Both the position numbers and the translations under genes were made by a program. Below are positions 1 to 10,169 of a stretch of 32,000 bases of DNA, piece after piece. The notes below the pieces were generated by a model. It saw nothing but the letters and a program-made list of their open reading frames with translations. It made no database searches and was not told where the DNA came from. Position 1 is the first letter of the stretch, and every line of letters starts with the position of its first letter. Source of the stretch: Acaryochloris marina MBIC11017 (lineage in GTDB: Bacteria > Cyanobacteriota > Cyanobacteriia > Thermosynechococcales > Thermosynechococcaceae); the NCBI RefSeq assembly GCF_000018105.1, contig NC_009925.1, forward strand, positions 3,900,001 to 3,932,000, written 5' to 3'.

Positions 1-481
1 TGCTGAGCAGTGTCCATTGATTAATCGTCTGCTCCACAGGTAGGACCAAATCCCACAAAGACATGCATAACAAAATAGGGTCAATTTGAATATTGGCCTC
101 AAATTGATATTGAGCATGGGGAATCGCCAGGGCATGAATCAGTGCCTCTTGGGTCACAGCCATCAGCAAATCCCGCAGCTGATCATGGGAGATATAATCC
201 GCTTGCCACAGATGGCAGAGAAAAGAGTAATCCGAAATAGGTTCTTGAGGGCGAGACCCTTCGAACTGAGGCATGCAGCGCTGAAGTAAGTAAGATAAGC
301 GCTCTTGATTGCCAACAATGCTTTCGGCAAAATTTACCCGACCTTGGCTGAAAGATACTCGCCATCCAATCGACAGATCATTGGGATCTCGAATCACCAC
401 GCGACCCGAAGGATACGCATGAATCAGATCCCTCAGGGTTTCAGCTGTAGATTTTTTAACTCCAGTGTCAAAAGCGGTCAT
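1..481 (-). CDS. PatA-type regulator, N-terminal PATAN (DUF4388) domain; 5' part only, gene runs off the left edge
   Basis: Not in the ORF track because it is open to the window edge. My translation of the reverse strand from ATG (481-479) gives 160 codons without a stop: MTAFDTGVKKSTAETLRDLIHAYPSGRVVIRDPNDLSIGWRVSFSQGRVNFAESIVGNQERLSYLLQRC...SDYSFLCHLWQADYISHDQLRDLLMAVTQEALIHAL... This aligns by eye with the PATAN domain of Anabaena PatA (..GTWSIYVEEGKLIYA.. / ..PDYLAICWLVNQKYISSSQAAVLIEQLALEVVESFL..). Confidence 0.6.
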   Translation of the reverse strand, partial: MTAFDTGVKKSTAETLRDLIHAYPSGRVVIRDPNDLSIGWRVSFSQGRVNFAESIVGNQERLSYLLQRCMPQFEGSRPQEPISDYSFLCHLWQADYISHDQLRDLLMAVTQEALIHALAIPHAQYQFEANIQIDPILLCMSLWDLVLPVEQTINQWTLLS

Positions 482-548
482 TGCTTTCTTTTTGCCTAAG
501 TGAAGACAATTGGCTTGAAGCATCTTTCATTCCCCCCGATAACTTAGT

Positions 549-569
549 CTTGCTTGAACATCAAGCAAG
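549..569. repeat. Perfect 9-bp inverted repeat with 3-nt spacer (CTTGCTTGA aca TCAAGCAAG), about 70-90 nt upstream of the PATAN gene start
   Basis: Read directly from the sequence. Function (operator or RNA hairpin) is unknown. A few stems of this size are expected by chance in 32 kb. Confidence 0.3.
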
Positions 570-1015
570 TTGAAGATGCTGCTATAGGTCGAAGACCCAA
601 GCTTTGGGCTAATACACAGCATTAGAAATGGTGGTCATATGCTGCTGAAGGCTAAAGAATTTCTTAATGCCCTCAAACATAGTAAGCCCCGAGATGACCT
701 CAGTATTATCACTGATCATACTTCAAAGTTAAAAAGAGCCCATGTGAGACTCTCTTTAAAATGGTTACAACTCTTACTGTGTATAAATTATAAGTAACAT
801 CAGAAATCTTTAATTAATCTTCCACAAGATAAAAATATCCTCTTATAGATTAATCATTCTCCGTAGAAATACGGGGTTTTATCCAACTCAAAACAAGAGT
901 TGCCAAACTAAAAGTTGGTCCAAGCACTAACAGCATTCATGGGCCACTGTAGCGATAAAATATGTTCCCTATCTGTGCTTTACGCAACAAACAGGGAGTC
1001 ATGTTGAAGCCATCG

Positions 1016-1777
1016 CTAATAGTAATAAGGATTATCTGGTTCAGGGATAGATTTGAGGGTCTGGGCTTGAATAACAAGTTGGCGTTGACCATTGAGGGTC
1101 TCCGTCGCCATTTCGCCTTGTATCGCCAGCCAGGAATCCACTGCGTAGTTTTGGCGGCTTTTCTCTAACTTCACTGGCAAACCCACAGGATAAGCATCTG
1201 CAGCACAACAACTAATCACAAAACGCGTCAAGGTGAAGTAGTTATCGGACAAGTCTTCTGGATAAACGACAAAGCCATCCACATTCACCTTTTGCCCAGC
1301 ATAGGCATCGGGTTCTGGATACACATCCAGGGTGCGAATCCACTCCAATAATGTCCGACGCTCGGGTTGGCTGGTGGTTCGGAAGGCTTGAGGGCTCACC
1401 CGAGTCACCATCGTTTTATCTTGTAAGCCCCGCTGAATGGCTGTTTGGCTGGTGAAAGGACGGGGGGTAATCAGTAATCCAATTAGGGCAGCAACAAGCA
1501 TAATTCCGCTCATCACGGGAGGGGATAGTAAAGACAGGTGCTGAGACCGCATAGGAACTCGCCGACGCCAAAGCTTTAAGACCTGAAGACTCGTTAACAT
1601 CAGCAAAAAACAGCCTGCTGCCAGGGTCAAGCCATAGTAGTTGGGATGAATGAGTAGCCCCAATTTGCCAGACTGCCAATATTGCAGAATTAAAATACCC
1701 CATAGGCAGAGGGCCAAAGTGGCCAATCCTTCGGATAGGTAAGGGAGCAGTCTAGTGCGTATACGTTTTGCTGTCAT
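1016..1777 (-). CDS. TIGR03943 / DUF1980 family membrane protein, partner of the UPF0718 permease
   Basis: 253-aa ORF with N-terminal TM helices and a soluble C-domain carrying ...FTLTRFVISCCAADAYPVGLPV..., the vicinal-Cys motif I associate with DUF1980. It starts 11 nt after the stop of the upstream permease gene, which is the characteristic pairing for this family. Confidence 0.75.
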   Translation of the reverse strand: MTAKRIRTRLLPYLSEGLATLALCLWGILILQYWQSGKLGLLIHPNYYGLTLAAGCFLLMLTSLQVLKLWRRRVPMRSQHLSLLSPPVMSGIMLVAALIGLLITPRPFTSQTAIQRGLQDKTMVTRVSPQAFRTTSQPERRTLLEWIRTLDVYPEPDAYAGQKVNVDGFVVYPEDLSDNYFTLTRFVISCCAADAYPVGLPVKLEKSRQNYAVDSWLAIQGEMATETLNGQRQLVIQAQTLKSIPEPDNPYYY

Positions 1778-1788
1778 AGAGCCTGTCT

Positions 1789-2811
1789 CTAACTAATCCA
1801 CAGATTAATGATCAGGGTAAACACCAAGGTGAGTTGAAAGACCATGGCAAAGATGTAAAAAACAGCCCGGGGTTTAAAGACCATTAATAATAAGCCCATA
1901 CTTTTCAGGTCAAACATGGGGCCGAAAACGAGAAAGGCGAGGAGAGCACCACTGGTAAAGGTAGAGGCGAACGAAAGGGCAAAAAATGCATCTACAGTCG
2001 AACAGATGGAGATGATACCTCCTAAAATCACCATGGCAAACACCGAAGTCACCGGGCCTTGACCAATGGCGAGGATGATATTGCGGGGGACTGATATTTG
2101 AATAATGGTTGCAAGCAAGCTGCCCAGCACTAAGACACCCCCCATTTCTCGTAATTCTTGAATGGTGTTGTCTAACAAGAGCGGCAGCTTGTCCCATAGG
2201 GATTTGGGCTGAGGGGAAGCGATGGCCATAACGGCATCCAAGTTGGCAGCCTCTAAGGCAATGGGATTGCTGGGTTGATCGAGGAAGTAGGTGCCAGCTT
2301 TTAAAAAGCTTGAAGACTCTGTCGATTCTGCTGGAGATGCGCTGGATGGGACAGGCATTAGGGTCGCGATGTTGGGCTGCAAGAAGGGTTTGAGATCCGA
2401 TTGCCAGCTAAATACCCAACCGATAATGGTTGCGATCGCAAAGGAAAACACGACTCGCAAAACCACAATTTCAGGCTGATCTGGGAATGCGGTCCACGTC
2501 GCCCAAATCACCACAGGATTGATAGTTGGCGCCGCGAGCAAAAAGCCAATCGCCACGGGAGCAGATGCCCCTTGAATCAATAAGCGTCGAGCAACGGGGA
2601 CATTTCCACATTCACAGACAGGGAATAAAAAGCCAAATAGGCTGCCCGAGAGGGCACCCAACAATGGATTCTTGGGGAACATGGCAATTAGCCGCTTCTC
2701 ATCAATAAAAATCAGCAGCACCCCCGAGACCAACACACCAAAAATCAAAAATGGCATGGCCTCAACCATGAGGCTTAGAAATAGGGTTAATCCACTACCC
2801 AATTGGGACAT
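1789..2811 (-). CDS. UPF0718 / PF03773 (ArsP-like) family permease
   Basis: 340-aa polytopic membrane protein. The motif FPVCECGNVPVARRL (C-x-C in a TM helix) is typical of the family. It is followed by the TIGR03943 partner. Confidence 0.8.
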   Translation of the reverse strand: MSQLGSGLTLFLSLMVEAMPFLIFGVLVSGVLLIFIDEKRLIAMFPKNPLLGALSGSLFGFLFPVCECGNVPVARRLLIQGASAPVAIGFLLAAPTINPVVIWATWTAFPDQPEIVVLRVVFSFAIATIIGWVFSWQSDLKPFLQPNIATLMPVPSSASPAESTESSSFLKAGTYFLDQPSNPIALEAANLDAVMAIASPQPKSLWDKLPLLLDNTIQELREMGGVLVLGSLLATIIQISVPRNIILAIGQGPVTSVFAMVILGGIISICSTVDAFFALSFASTFTSGALLAFLVFGPMFDLKSMGLLLMVFKPRAVFYIFAMVFQLTLVFTLIINLWIS

Positions 2812-3270
2812 TCGCAGGCTTCCTATACAGTGAGTGTCTAACAGGATGAACGGCTAGAATTAAAAATTGAAGTGTGACTGGCTAACGTTTGCATCTCAGC
2901 ATCAGTATCTACCCTAGGCGATGAACCTATCATTTGTCTTTGAATCTGCCCGATGACCTTTAGATATCTCAGGGGTCACCTTCTCGGGCTGCGACTAGAC
3001 AGAAGATTTTAGGGTAGATCTCCGCATTAAGAAGCAGAGGAGACAGGCAGCGTTCAGTAAGTTTGATATATTTTAGTTTGGGCAAACTGCATTTGAACCT
3101 AAGAATCTATAGCTAAAGCTCAAGTTGCAATGGGTTCAAGCTTGCCATCTATCGTGACCTTGAACATCAGTAGAAAGTGGCCATCCCAGCCTCCTTCTCT
3201 CATTTCAAGCACAGCCCTTTGGGATCTTTAACCAATGGATGCTCCCTCGCGTAATCTCATAGGAGGAACT

Positions 3271-3516
3271 ATGACCTGGATTACTCAAAACACATATGGT
3301 TTCAAACAAAGCATCCTGGATCAGTTCGAGCAGCTCGATGCTGATATCAGAGATCTGAATGACCATGTTGCTCAGCAAAGCCAACGGTTGGAGTTGTTTA
3401 CCTCTAACTTAATGATGGGTTTGTTTATCGTGTCCGTCTCCGCTAGCTTGTTGCTGCTTACCCGCCATGCTTTAGAGCTTTGGCTGGTTTATCATCCAAC
3501 AGGTGCTTTACTCTAG
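3271..3516 (+). CDS. Small hypothetical protein (coiled segment plus one C-terminal TM helix)
   Basis: The ORF track gives 3235..3516. I prefer the ATG at 3271 because a strong SD (AGGAGG, 3261-3266) lies 4 nt upstream. I recognise no family. Confidence 0.4.
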   Translation: MTWITQNTYGFKQSILDQFEQLDADIRDLNDHVAQQSQRLELFTSNLMMGLFIVSVSASLLLLTRHALELWLVYHPTGALL

Positions 3517-3621
3517 CTCAGCAGCTGCTCCGAAGCCGCTTCTAGTCGCTCTCGAGCACTCATGCCCACAGCTGTGGTGTCTATACCAACTGCTAACTGA
3601 GCTTTATTTCAAGTAATACTC

Positions 3622-3661
3622 ACCGGCTGTCTTCTTGAGCGAGAACGCCGGTATTTTTTTG
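3622..3661 (+). terminator. Candidate rho-independent terminator
   Basis: ACCGGC (3622-3627) pairs with GCCGGT (3647-3652), with inner TTCT/AGAA pairing, followed by a T7-8 run (3654-3661). It lies about 105 nt downstream of the small ORF. Confidence 0.5.
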
Positions 3662-3694
3662 TCTTAACGTTCTGAGCATTCAGGATAAACCTGA

Positions 3695-4855
<1,161 letters not shown>

Positions 4856-5040
4856 TCGCTCCTCAATCCGCGGCTAAGGGTGATGTTTGGTAGCTCATAC
4901 TAACGGCTAGGATAGAGACGATGCAGGTGGATGCCTTACATGCCCTTAGCCGCCCTAGGTCAGTGATCCATTTTTGGCAGCAGGATTCATGTTAAGATAT
5001 TTAGCGATTCAAAAAGCTGTGTTGGAAGGAACATTTATTC

Positions 5041-5178
5041 ATGGAAGCAGTTCTGCTGTTGGCGAAACTACCTGAAGCCTTCTCCGTTTTTAGCCCGATT
5101 GTGGATGTTATGCCTGTTATTCCACTTTTCTTCTTGGCGCTTGCTTTCGTTTGGCAAGCAGCGGTTGGTTTTAAGTAA
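5041..5178 (+). CDS. psbK: Photosystem II reaction-centre protein K
   Basis: Below the ORF-track length cutoff, so I translated it myself: [45 protein letters not shown]. It is nearly colinear with cyanobacterial PsbK (..[36 protein letters not shown].). Confidence 0.9.
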   Translation: MEAVLLLAKLPEAFSVFSPIVDVMPVIPLFFLALAFVWQAAVGFK

Positions 5179-5270
5179 ACAACACGCATTTTAATAAGCC
5201 GTTGATTTATTAATAAACCGTTAACAGGCCTTCGTTATAAATCAGCTTTAGGGACCACCCCTAAAGTTGT

Positions 5271-5302
5271 AAAGGGAAGTAATTTATTGCTTCCCTTTTT
5301 TA
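5271..5302 (+). terminator. Rho-independent terminator downstream of psbK
   Basis: AAAGGGAAG (5271-5279) pairs perfectly with CTTCCCTTT (5290-5298) across a 10-nt loop and is followed by TTTATT. A second 8-bp hairpin, CTTTAGGG/CCCTAAAG, lies just upstream (about 5245-5266). Confidence 0.55.
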
Positions 5303-5328
5303 TTGGTAATCGGCGATCGTAGCAGAGG

Positions 5329-5769
5329 CTATTGCCCAGACATGAGACAAGAGGTCAGCCAATAGGGACTGCTTGGGTAATAAATCCCTGCAATCCAGCC
5401 ACCGCTGAGGGTGCCAATCGACAAAATAACCATCAGCAAAAGGGTAAGCCGACGACTGAGACCCGACGATTGTAGTTCTAGCCGTGCCAAGGTTTGGGAG
5501 GCTAACAAGACCACAATCAAGCCAAACAAAGTGGAAGCAGCGACGGCCATGGTGATGATGCCACTGAGAATTAGCATGGAGACGACGCCCCTAGGCCCCA
5601 AACGGAACATCCGCTTGGTCACTTCTTCTCCCCAAAACAACAGGATTGTGAGGGAAATTGCAACGAACCAAGACCCCATCGCCCAGCCAATATGGTAGGC
5701 CGAGAGGTGCCAACCGAGTAGTCCATAGGAGACCCCAACACAAAGCAACGAGAGGATGGGGGTAATCAT
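5329..5769 (-). CDS. Hypothetical integral membrane protein (about 4 TM helices)
   Basis: 146-aa ORF, hydrophobic throughout. No recognisable family motif. Confidence 0.5.
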   Translation of the reverse strand: MITPILSLLCVGVSYGLLGWHLSAYHIGWAMGSWFVAISLTILLFWGEEVTKRMFRLGPRGVVSMLILSGIITMAVAASTLFGLIVVLLASQTLARLELQSSGLSRRLTLLLMVILSIGTLSGGWIAGIYYPSSPYWLTSCLMSGQ

Positions 5770-5953
5770 AGGCCGTTTAGTCTGGATTCACGCTTTCTAG
5801 TGTACTCATGGATAGCTAGACCGTCTGGTGCAATTTGTTGCGATTTCTGAGAAAGCAGTTTGATTCATACCGCCTCAGCACCATTCCACGCTACTCTCAA
5901 CTAGAGTAGGGATATGCCTGCCTCTCTGTAGTCCTGTTCTGTGAATAGCCGTA

Positions 5954-7117
5954 ATGGAGATTCATCCTTTGTCAGACCAGCCCTCTCTCTCCAAGGATGC
6001 TGTGAATATTGATCCGCACCACCAACAGATGATGCAGCGTTGTTTACAGCTGGCTCAGAAGGCTGCTGGTTTTACGACGCCTAATCCCCTTGTGGGCTGT
6101 GTGATTGAACGGGATGGAGAAATTGTCGGTGAAGGCTATCATCCTAAGGCTGGAGAACCCCATGCTGAAGTATTTGCCCTAAGAGCGGCGGGGGATAAAG
6201 CCAAGGGTGCTACCGCCTACGTCAGTTTAGAGCCGTGTAATCACTTTGGGCGCACTCCGCCGTGTTCCGAAGCGTTAGTCAAAGCAGGGGTGGCTACGGT
6301 GGTGGTGGGGATGGTCGATCCAGATCCACGAGTCTCAGGTAAAGGGATTGAGCGACTTCGGGCGGCAGGCATTCAGGTGATTACAGGGGTAGAAGAGGCT
6401 GACTGTCAACGCGTGAATGAAGCCTTTGTTCATCGGATCCTCTATCAGCGCCCGTTTGGCATCCTTAAATATGCCATGACCTTAGATGGCAAAATTGCCA
6501 CGACTGCAGGCCACAGTGCTTGGATTACCAAGGAAGTCGCCCGCGCCCATGTGCACCGACTCCGGGCCACTTGTGATGCCGTGATCGTCGGTGGCAATAC
6601 AGTCCGCCGGGATAATCCTCATTTAACAACCCATCACAAAGCAGATGCAAATCAGCCCCCCAATAATCCCCTACGGGTGGTGTTAAGCCGGACCCTTGAT
6701 CTACCGCCAACGGCACATTTGTGGGAAACAGATATCGCTCCTACGATTGTGCTCACCCAAGGTCATCCGAATGGGGAGGGTCAGGCCTACCTAGAACAGC
6801 AGGGCGTAGAAGTCGTGAACTTAGACGAACTAACCCCAGCAACGGTGATGGCTTATTTGGGCAAGAAGGAACTGCTATCGGTATTGTGGGAATGTGGAGG
6901 GACCTTGTCTGCCCGTGCGATCGCAGATGGTTCGGTCCAAAAAGTCTTGGCCTTTATTGCCCCCAAAATTGTCGGAGGCCAAAATGCGCCTTCCCCGGTG
7001 GGAGACTTGGGTTTCAATAAGATGACTGAGGCCCTTCAGTTAGAGCGAGTACGCTGGCATATTGTCGGTGAAGACTGCCTCGTAGAAGGATATCTACCTA
7101 AACCAGCCTCTGAATAA
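5954..7117 (+). CDS. ribD: Bifunctional riboflavin biosynthesis protein RibD (pyrimidine deaminase / uracil reductase)
   Basis: 387 aa. Deaminase zinc motifs HAEVFAL and PCNHFGRTPPC are followed by the reductase domain (KYAMTLDGKIAT, DAVIVGGNTVRRDNP, ...VGEDCLVEGY). The true start may be an internal Met (MMQRCLQLA). Confidence 0.93.
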   Translation: MEIHPLSDQPSLSKDAVNIDPHHQQMMQRCLQLAQKAAGFTTPNPLVGCVIERDGEIVGEGYHPKAGEPHAEVFALRAAGDKAKGATAYVSLEPCNHFGRTPPCSEALVKAGVATVVVGMVDPDPRVSGKGIERLRAAGIQVITGVEEADCQRVNEAFVHRILYQRPFGILKYAMTLDGKIATTAGHSAWITKEVARAHVHRLRATCDAVIVGGNTVRRDNPHLTTHHKADANQPPNNPLRVVLSRTLDLPPTAHLWETDIAPTIVLTQGHPNGEGQAYLEQQGVEVVNLDELTPATVMAYLGKKELLSVLWECGGTLSARAIADGSVQKVLAFIAPKIVGGQNAPSPVGDLGFNKMTEALQLERVRWHIVGEDCLVEGYLPKPASE

Positions 7118-7174
7118 TTCTCTTCGGCATGGGGCGTTTACTTATTCCGCAGGGCCATCTCAGGATGCTGAAGC

Positions 7175-8014
7175 CTAGTTGCCCCTGAAGTCACTGCTAT
7201 CCAACATACGTGATCGCAGGACTTCATAGATAAATAAACTCCCTGCAACTGCCACATTTAAAGAATCAACCTGACCCACCATGGGAATCTTGAGGAGAGT
7301 ATTGCACAGGGACCGCTGTTTTGGAGACAACCCTGTGCGTTCCTCACCTAAAAATAGCAGTGTATTTTTGGGATAGGTAAAGGTGTGAAAATTTTCCTCG
7401 CCATCGGGAGAAGCACCAATCACATAGCCTTGATGCTGTTGCAGCCACTGAGACAAGGCCTGATCATGAGTCCGAATAAATTGTTGCTGAAATACTGACC
7501 CCATAGAGGCCCGAACCGTAGACGGTGCATACGGATCAACCGCCTGATTTAGGAGAATAAATCCAGTGCCACCCCCCGCGTCTAGGGTGCGGATCAAAGT
7601 GCCAAAATTCCCCAAGGATCGCACTCGATCTAGAATCACCCACAATCCCATACTGGGCGTGATCGATGGTAAGCGCTGCCATCGTTGTCGAATAATGGCT
7701 CCTATCCCTGAAGCCCGATGAGTTTGAGAAATTCCGCGAAATTGTTCTGGAGACACCGAAATCGTCTCTACCCCAGACCGACGAAAGCGTCGGACCAGCT
7801 TGCGAGCTAAAGGCGCTGTTAGGAGCTTTTCGCTATAGACAATAACAGCAATATCGAGGCGGCTATCAGACACGTGTACAAAGTTACGTACTCCTTCAAT
7901 AAAGCAAGCCCCTTGAGCATCGCGATATCTCCGATCGGTCTGTAGTCTTTTAATACGATGAAGTGTTGCGGCAACACTGGATGCAGAACAGTCAGCACTT
8001 TTCCTACTGACCAT
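7175..8014 (-). CDS. TrmH/SpoU-family RNA 2'-O-methyltransferase
   Basis: 279 aa. SpoU motifs: NFGTLIRTLDAGG, LLFLGEERTGLS, IPMVGQVDSLNVAVAGSLFIYE. Confidence 0.85.
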   Translation of the reverse strand: MVSRKSADCSASSVAATLHRIKRLQTDRRYRDAQGACFIEGVRNFVHVSDSRLDIAVIVYSEKLLTAPLARKLVRRFRRSGVETISVSPEQFRGISQTHRASGIGAIIRQRWQRLPSITPSMGLWVILDRVRSLGNFGTLIRTLDAGGGTGFILLNQAVDPYAPSTVRASMGSVFQQQFIRTHDQALSQWLQQHQGYVIGASPDGEENFHTFTYPKNTLLFLGEERTGLSPKQRSLCNTLLKIPMVGQVDSLNVAVAGSLFIYEVLRSRMLDSSDFRGN

Positions 8015-8157
8015 CCTCCTTACCCTGCTGGATCAGGGAGTGAATATGAGTATATGCAATATTCATGGACGGAATCAGGCTTTGCCTGGAACTTGAAGCG
8101 ATGAGGAATGAGAAATCTATTTCCCTAGGATAAAGAATAGCAAAAACCTGCCAATGT

Positions 8158-8613
8158 TCAGAACAAGGCCGTATTGGCGTCTTGTAGATCACCCACTTCA
8201 CATAAGTAGCCAGCAGGAATCAGAGATAAAACGGTCAATTTATCTTGCTTATTACATTCCAACTTGATTAATTCCGGTAAATCCTGAATAAGAACCGATA
8301 CTCGCTTAAAAAAAGCATTAAACCAAAGTTTGAACCCCAGATGGATAATGGCAGTAATTTTGCGATTGCCATCTCCCCGAAATTGAAACTGTGCATTGCG
8401 ATCAATTTCAAAATCAGCTAGATAGGCAAACTCTGGCTTAGTCTCCGTTAAATAGTTCGCTGTTACCTTTGCACCTAAAAATACTTTGACAACACCACTA
8501 AAACAATTCACTAAGTTGAGAAAATCATAAATGGAGATGTCTTCAGTCATGGTGGTTGAAGGATGCACTATAGCATTATTGAAATAGTGCGTAGTCACAG
8601 TTTTTTCAATCAT
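8158..8613 (-). CDS. Hypothetical protein (orphan, in an AT-rich stretch)
   Basis: 151-aa ORF with no motif I can place. It is flanked upstream by about 400 bp of AT-rich non-coding DNA. Confidence 0.35.
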   Translation of the reverse strand: MIEKTVTTHYFNNAIVHPSTTMTEDISIYDFLNLVNCFSGVVKVFLGAKVTANYLTETKPEFAYLADFEIDRNAQFQFRGDGNRKITAIIHLGFKLWFNAFFKRVSVLIQDLPELIKLECNKQDKLTVLSLIPAGYLCEVGDLQDANTALF

Positions 8614-9021
8614 TACTATATTTCAGAGTGGGTTCTACAGGGGCAGACGGTATATTTTGGGAAATATACATTTTCAACACATCATTCTGTATACAACGCT
8701 AAGAACAAGTCCATTTCTGTCAATAACAGCAGACTTTGCTCTAGATGTACGCTAGACGGTTAGTCTTGGAAGAATTTATACACTGTATATTTAGTGCTTT
8801 ATTTTGACTGTATTGAATTTAGGTGAAGAAAAGCAGTCAAAATTCGGGAAGATATCGGGAAGTTTGCACAATCAAACCCATGGAGCAGCCCTTAACCAGA
8901 TGAGGTATACATGGTTCTTAAAATCACTTGGGGTGGCTGACGTTCATGATTTCCTAGTTATTTAACATTCACGTTTCCATGCCTGCCCGTCATGGGTTCA
9001 ACTTCTCCTTCTCCCTGCAAG

Positions 9022-9876
9022 TTACTGTTCCCTAGCTTCGCTCGCTTTTAAGATGAGCTGATCCAAGGCATCTTGCATGTTACGAACCACCCGGTCATAG
9101 CAAGCGTGAACATAGACTTTATCCTTAGCAGCTTGTCTGCCGTATCGCTCAAAGTGAATCGGAGGGCAAATCTGTGTGTGAATTTGCATGGGCAATGGAA
9201 AATTGGGCAAGGGTCCGATGCTCAGCCCCCAGGGTAACCCCAGATAGATGGGAAAAATAGTTGGATCCGTATCTAATAGCCAGGGCATACCTAGATGATG
9301 CAGCTGTTTTATAAATTCATAACAATCCGCTAACACCCACAAGGTGTCATGGGCTCCCCAGGAGATAAAGGGGATAATTGGGACCTCTTCTTGGAGGGCT
9401 AGCTTGATAAACCCTTTGCGATCGCAAAAATGAATCCGGTCCCGCAGTCGATGGGGTCGAAACACATCCTGGGCCCCCCCCGGGAATACGGCAACGCTAG
9501 CGCCCCTCTGAAACGCCGCCCTAGCCACTGTTGGATAAGCCCGAATCGCTCCTCCTAGGGTGGCAAATTCAGCGACACTCGGACTGACTTGCCACATGCC
9601 CTTATGCATCAGTCCATAAATCGGTCGTTCAGCCCCAAACCGACAAAACCAGTCATACATCAACATATGGAGGTCAGGGGCTGCTAATCCACCATTGTGA
9701 GAACCGACAAATAACGCTTTCGCGGTGGGAACATGTTGCCAGCCACTGGTTTGGACCCGAAAATAGCAGTCGTAAAACCACTTCCAGCGCGGTATCAAAG
9801 CTGCGATCGCGGCCGGATCCCGATCGTCAAGGGACCACCCCTGTCGGGGTTTGGAGGAGGCAGTGGACTTCACCAA
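9022..9876 (-). CDS. Acyltransferase of the lysophospholipid/DAGAT-like superfamily
   Basis: 284 aa. It has a GSHNGG...D block and a VFPGGAQD block that resemble the H-box and the FPEG/GGxxE block of glycerolipid acyltransferases. The subfamily is not resolved. Confidence 0.6.
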   Translation of the reverse strand: MVKSTASSKPRQGWSLDDRDPAAIAALIPRWKWFYDCYFRVQTSGWQHVPTAKALFVGSHNGGLAAPDLHMLMYDWFCRFGAERPIYGLMHKGMWQVSPSVAEFATLGGAIRAYPTVARAAFQRGASVAVFPGGAQDVFRPHRLRDRIHFCDRKGFIKLALQEEVPIIPFISWGAHDTLWVLADCYEFIKQLHHLGMPWLLDTDPTIFPIYLGLPWGLSIGPLPNFPLPMQIHTQICPPIHFERYGRQAAKDKVYVHACYDRVVRNMQDALDQLILKASEAREQ

Positions 9877-10169
9877 AAGTTTCTACAATCCCGTTGCAGT
9901 GCACATCATCAACCCACTGCTTATCTAAGCATGGACTAGGGTTCATCTCCTCACTGGGGTGTACCAGTCTTCAGGCTAGAGAGAACGAGAGTACTGCCTT
10001 TAAGATCCCATAAATATTAGAGTCCAGACCTCGTCTTCCCTCAAAGTTCTATATCGCCATCCTCAGCGTTAAGTCTTTTCTGGCACCACCGTTTGATAGG
10101 CAGAATCGCACATCCCATCCCGTACATCACTCAGGGATAAACATTTGACAACACATATTTACATTAATG

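Noticed and set aside
3127-3150. GGTTCAAGC resembling a tRNA T-loop
   Set aside because: The flanking bases do not form a T-stem or acceptor stem, so this is not a tRNA.
5001-5189. 62-aa minus-strand ORF from the track
   Set aside because: It lies exactly antisense to psbK, which has a compelling translation. It is Lys/Ser/Thr-rich shadow sequence.
8004-8201. 65-aa ORF overlapping the TrmH-family gene start
   Set aside because: It overlaps two better-supported genes and has no supporting features.
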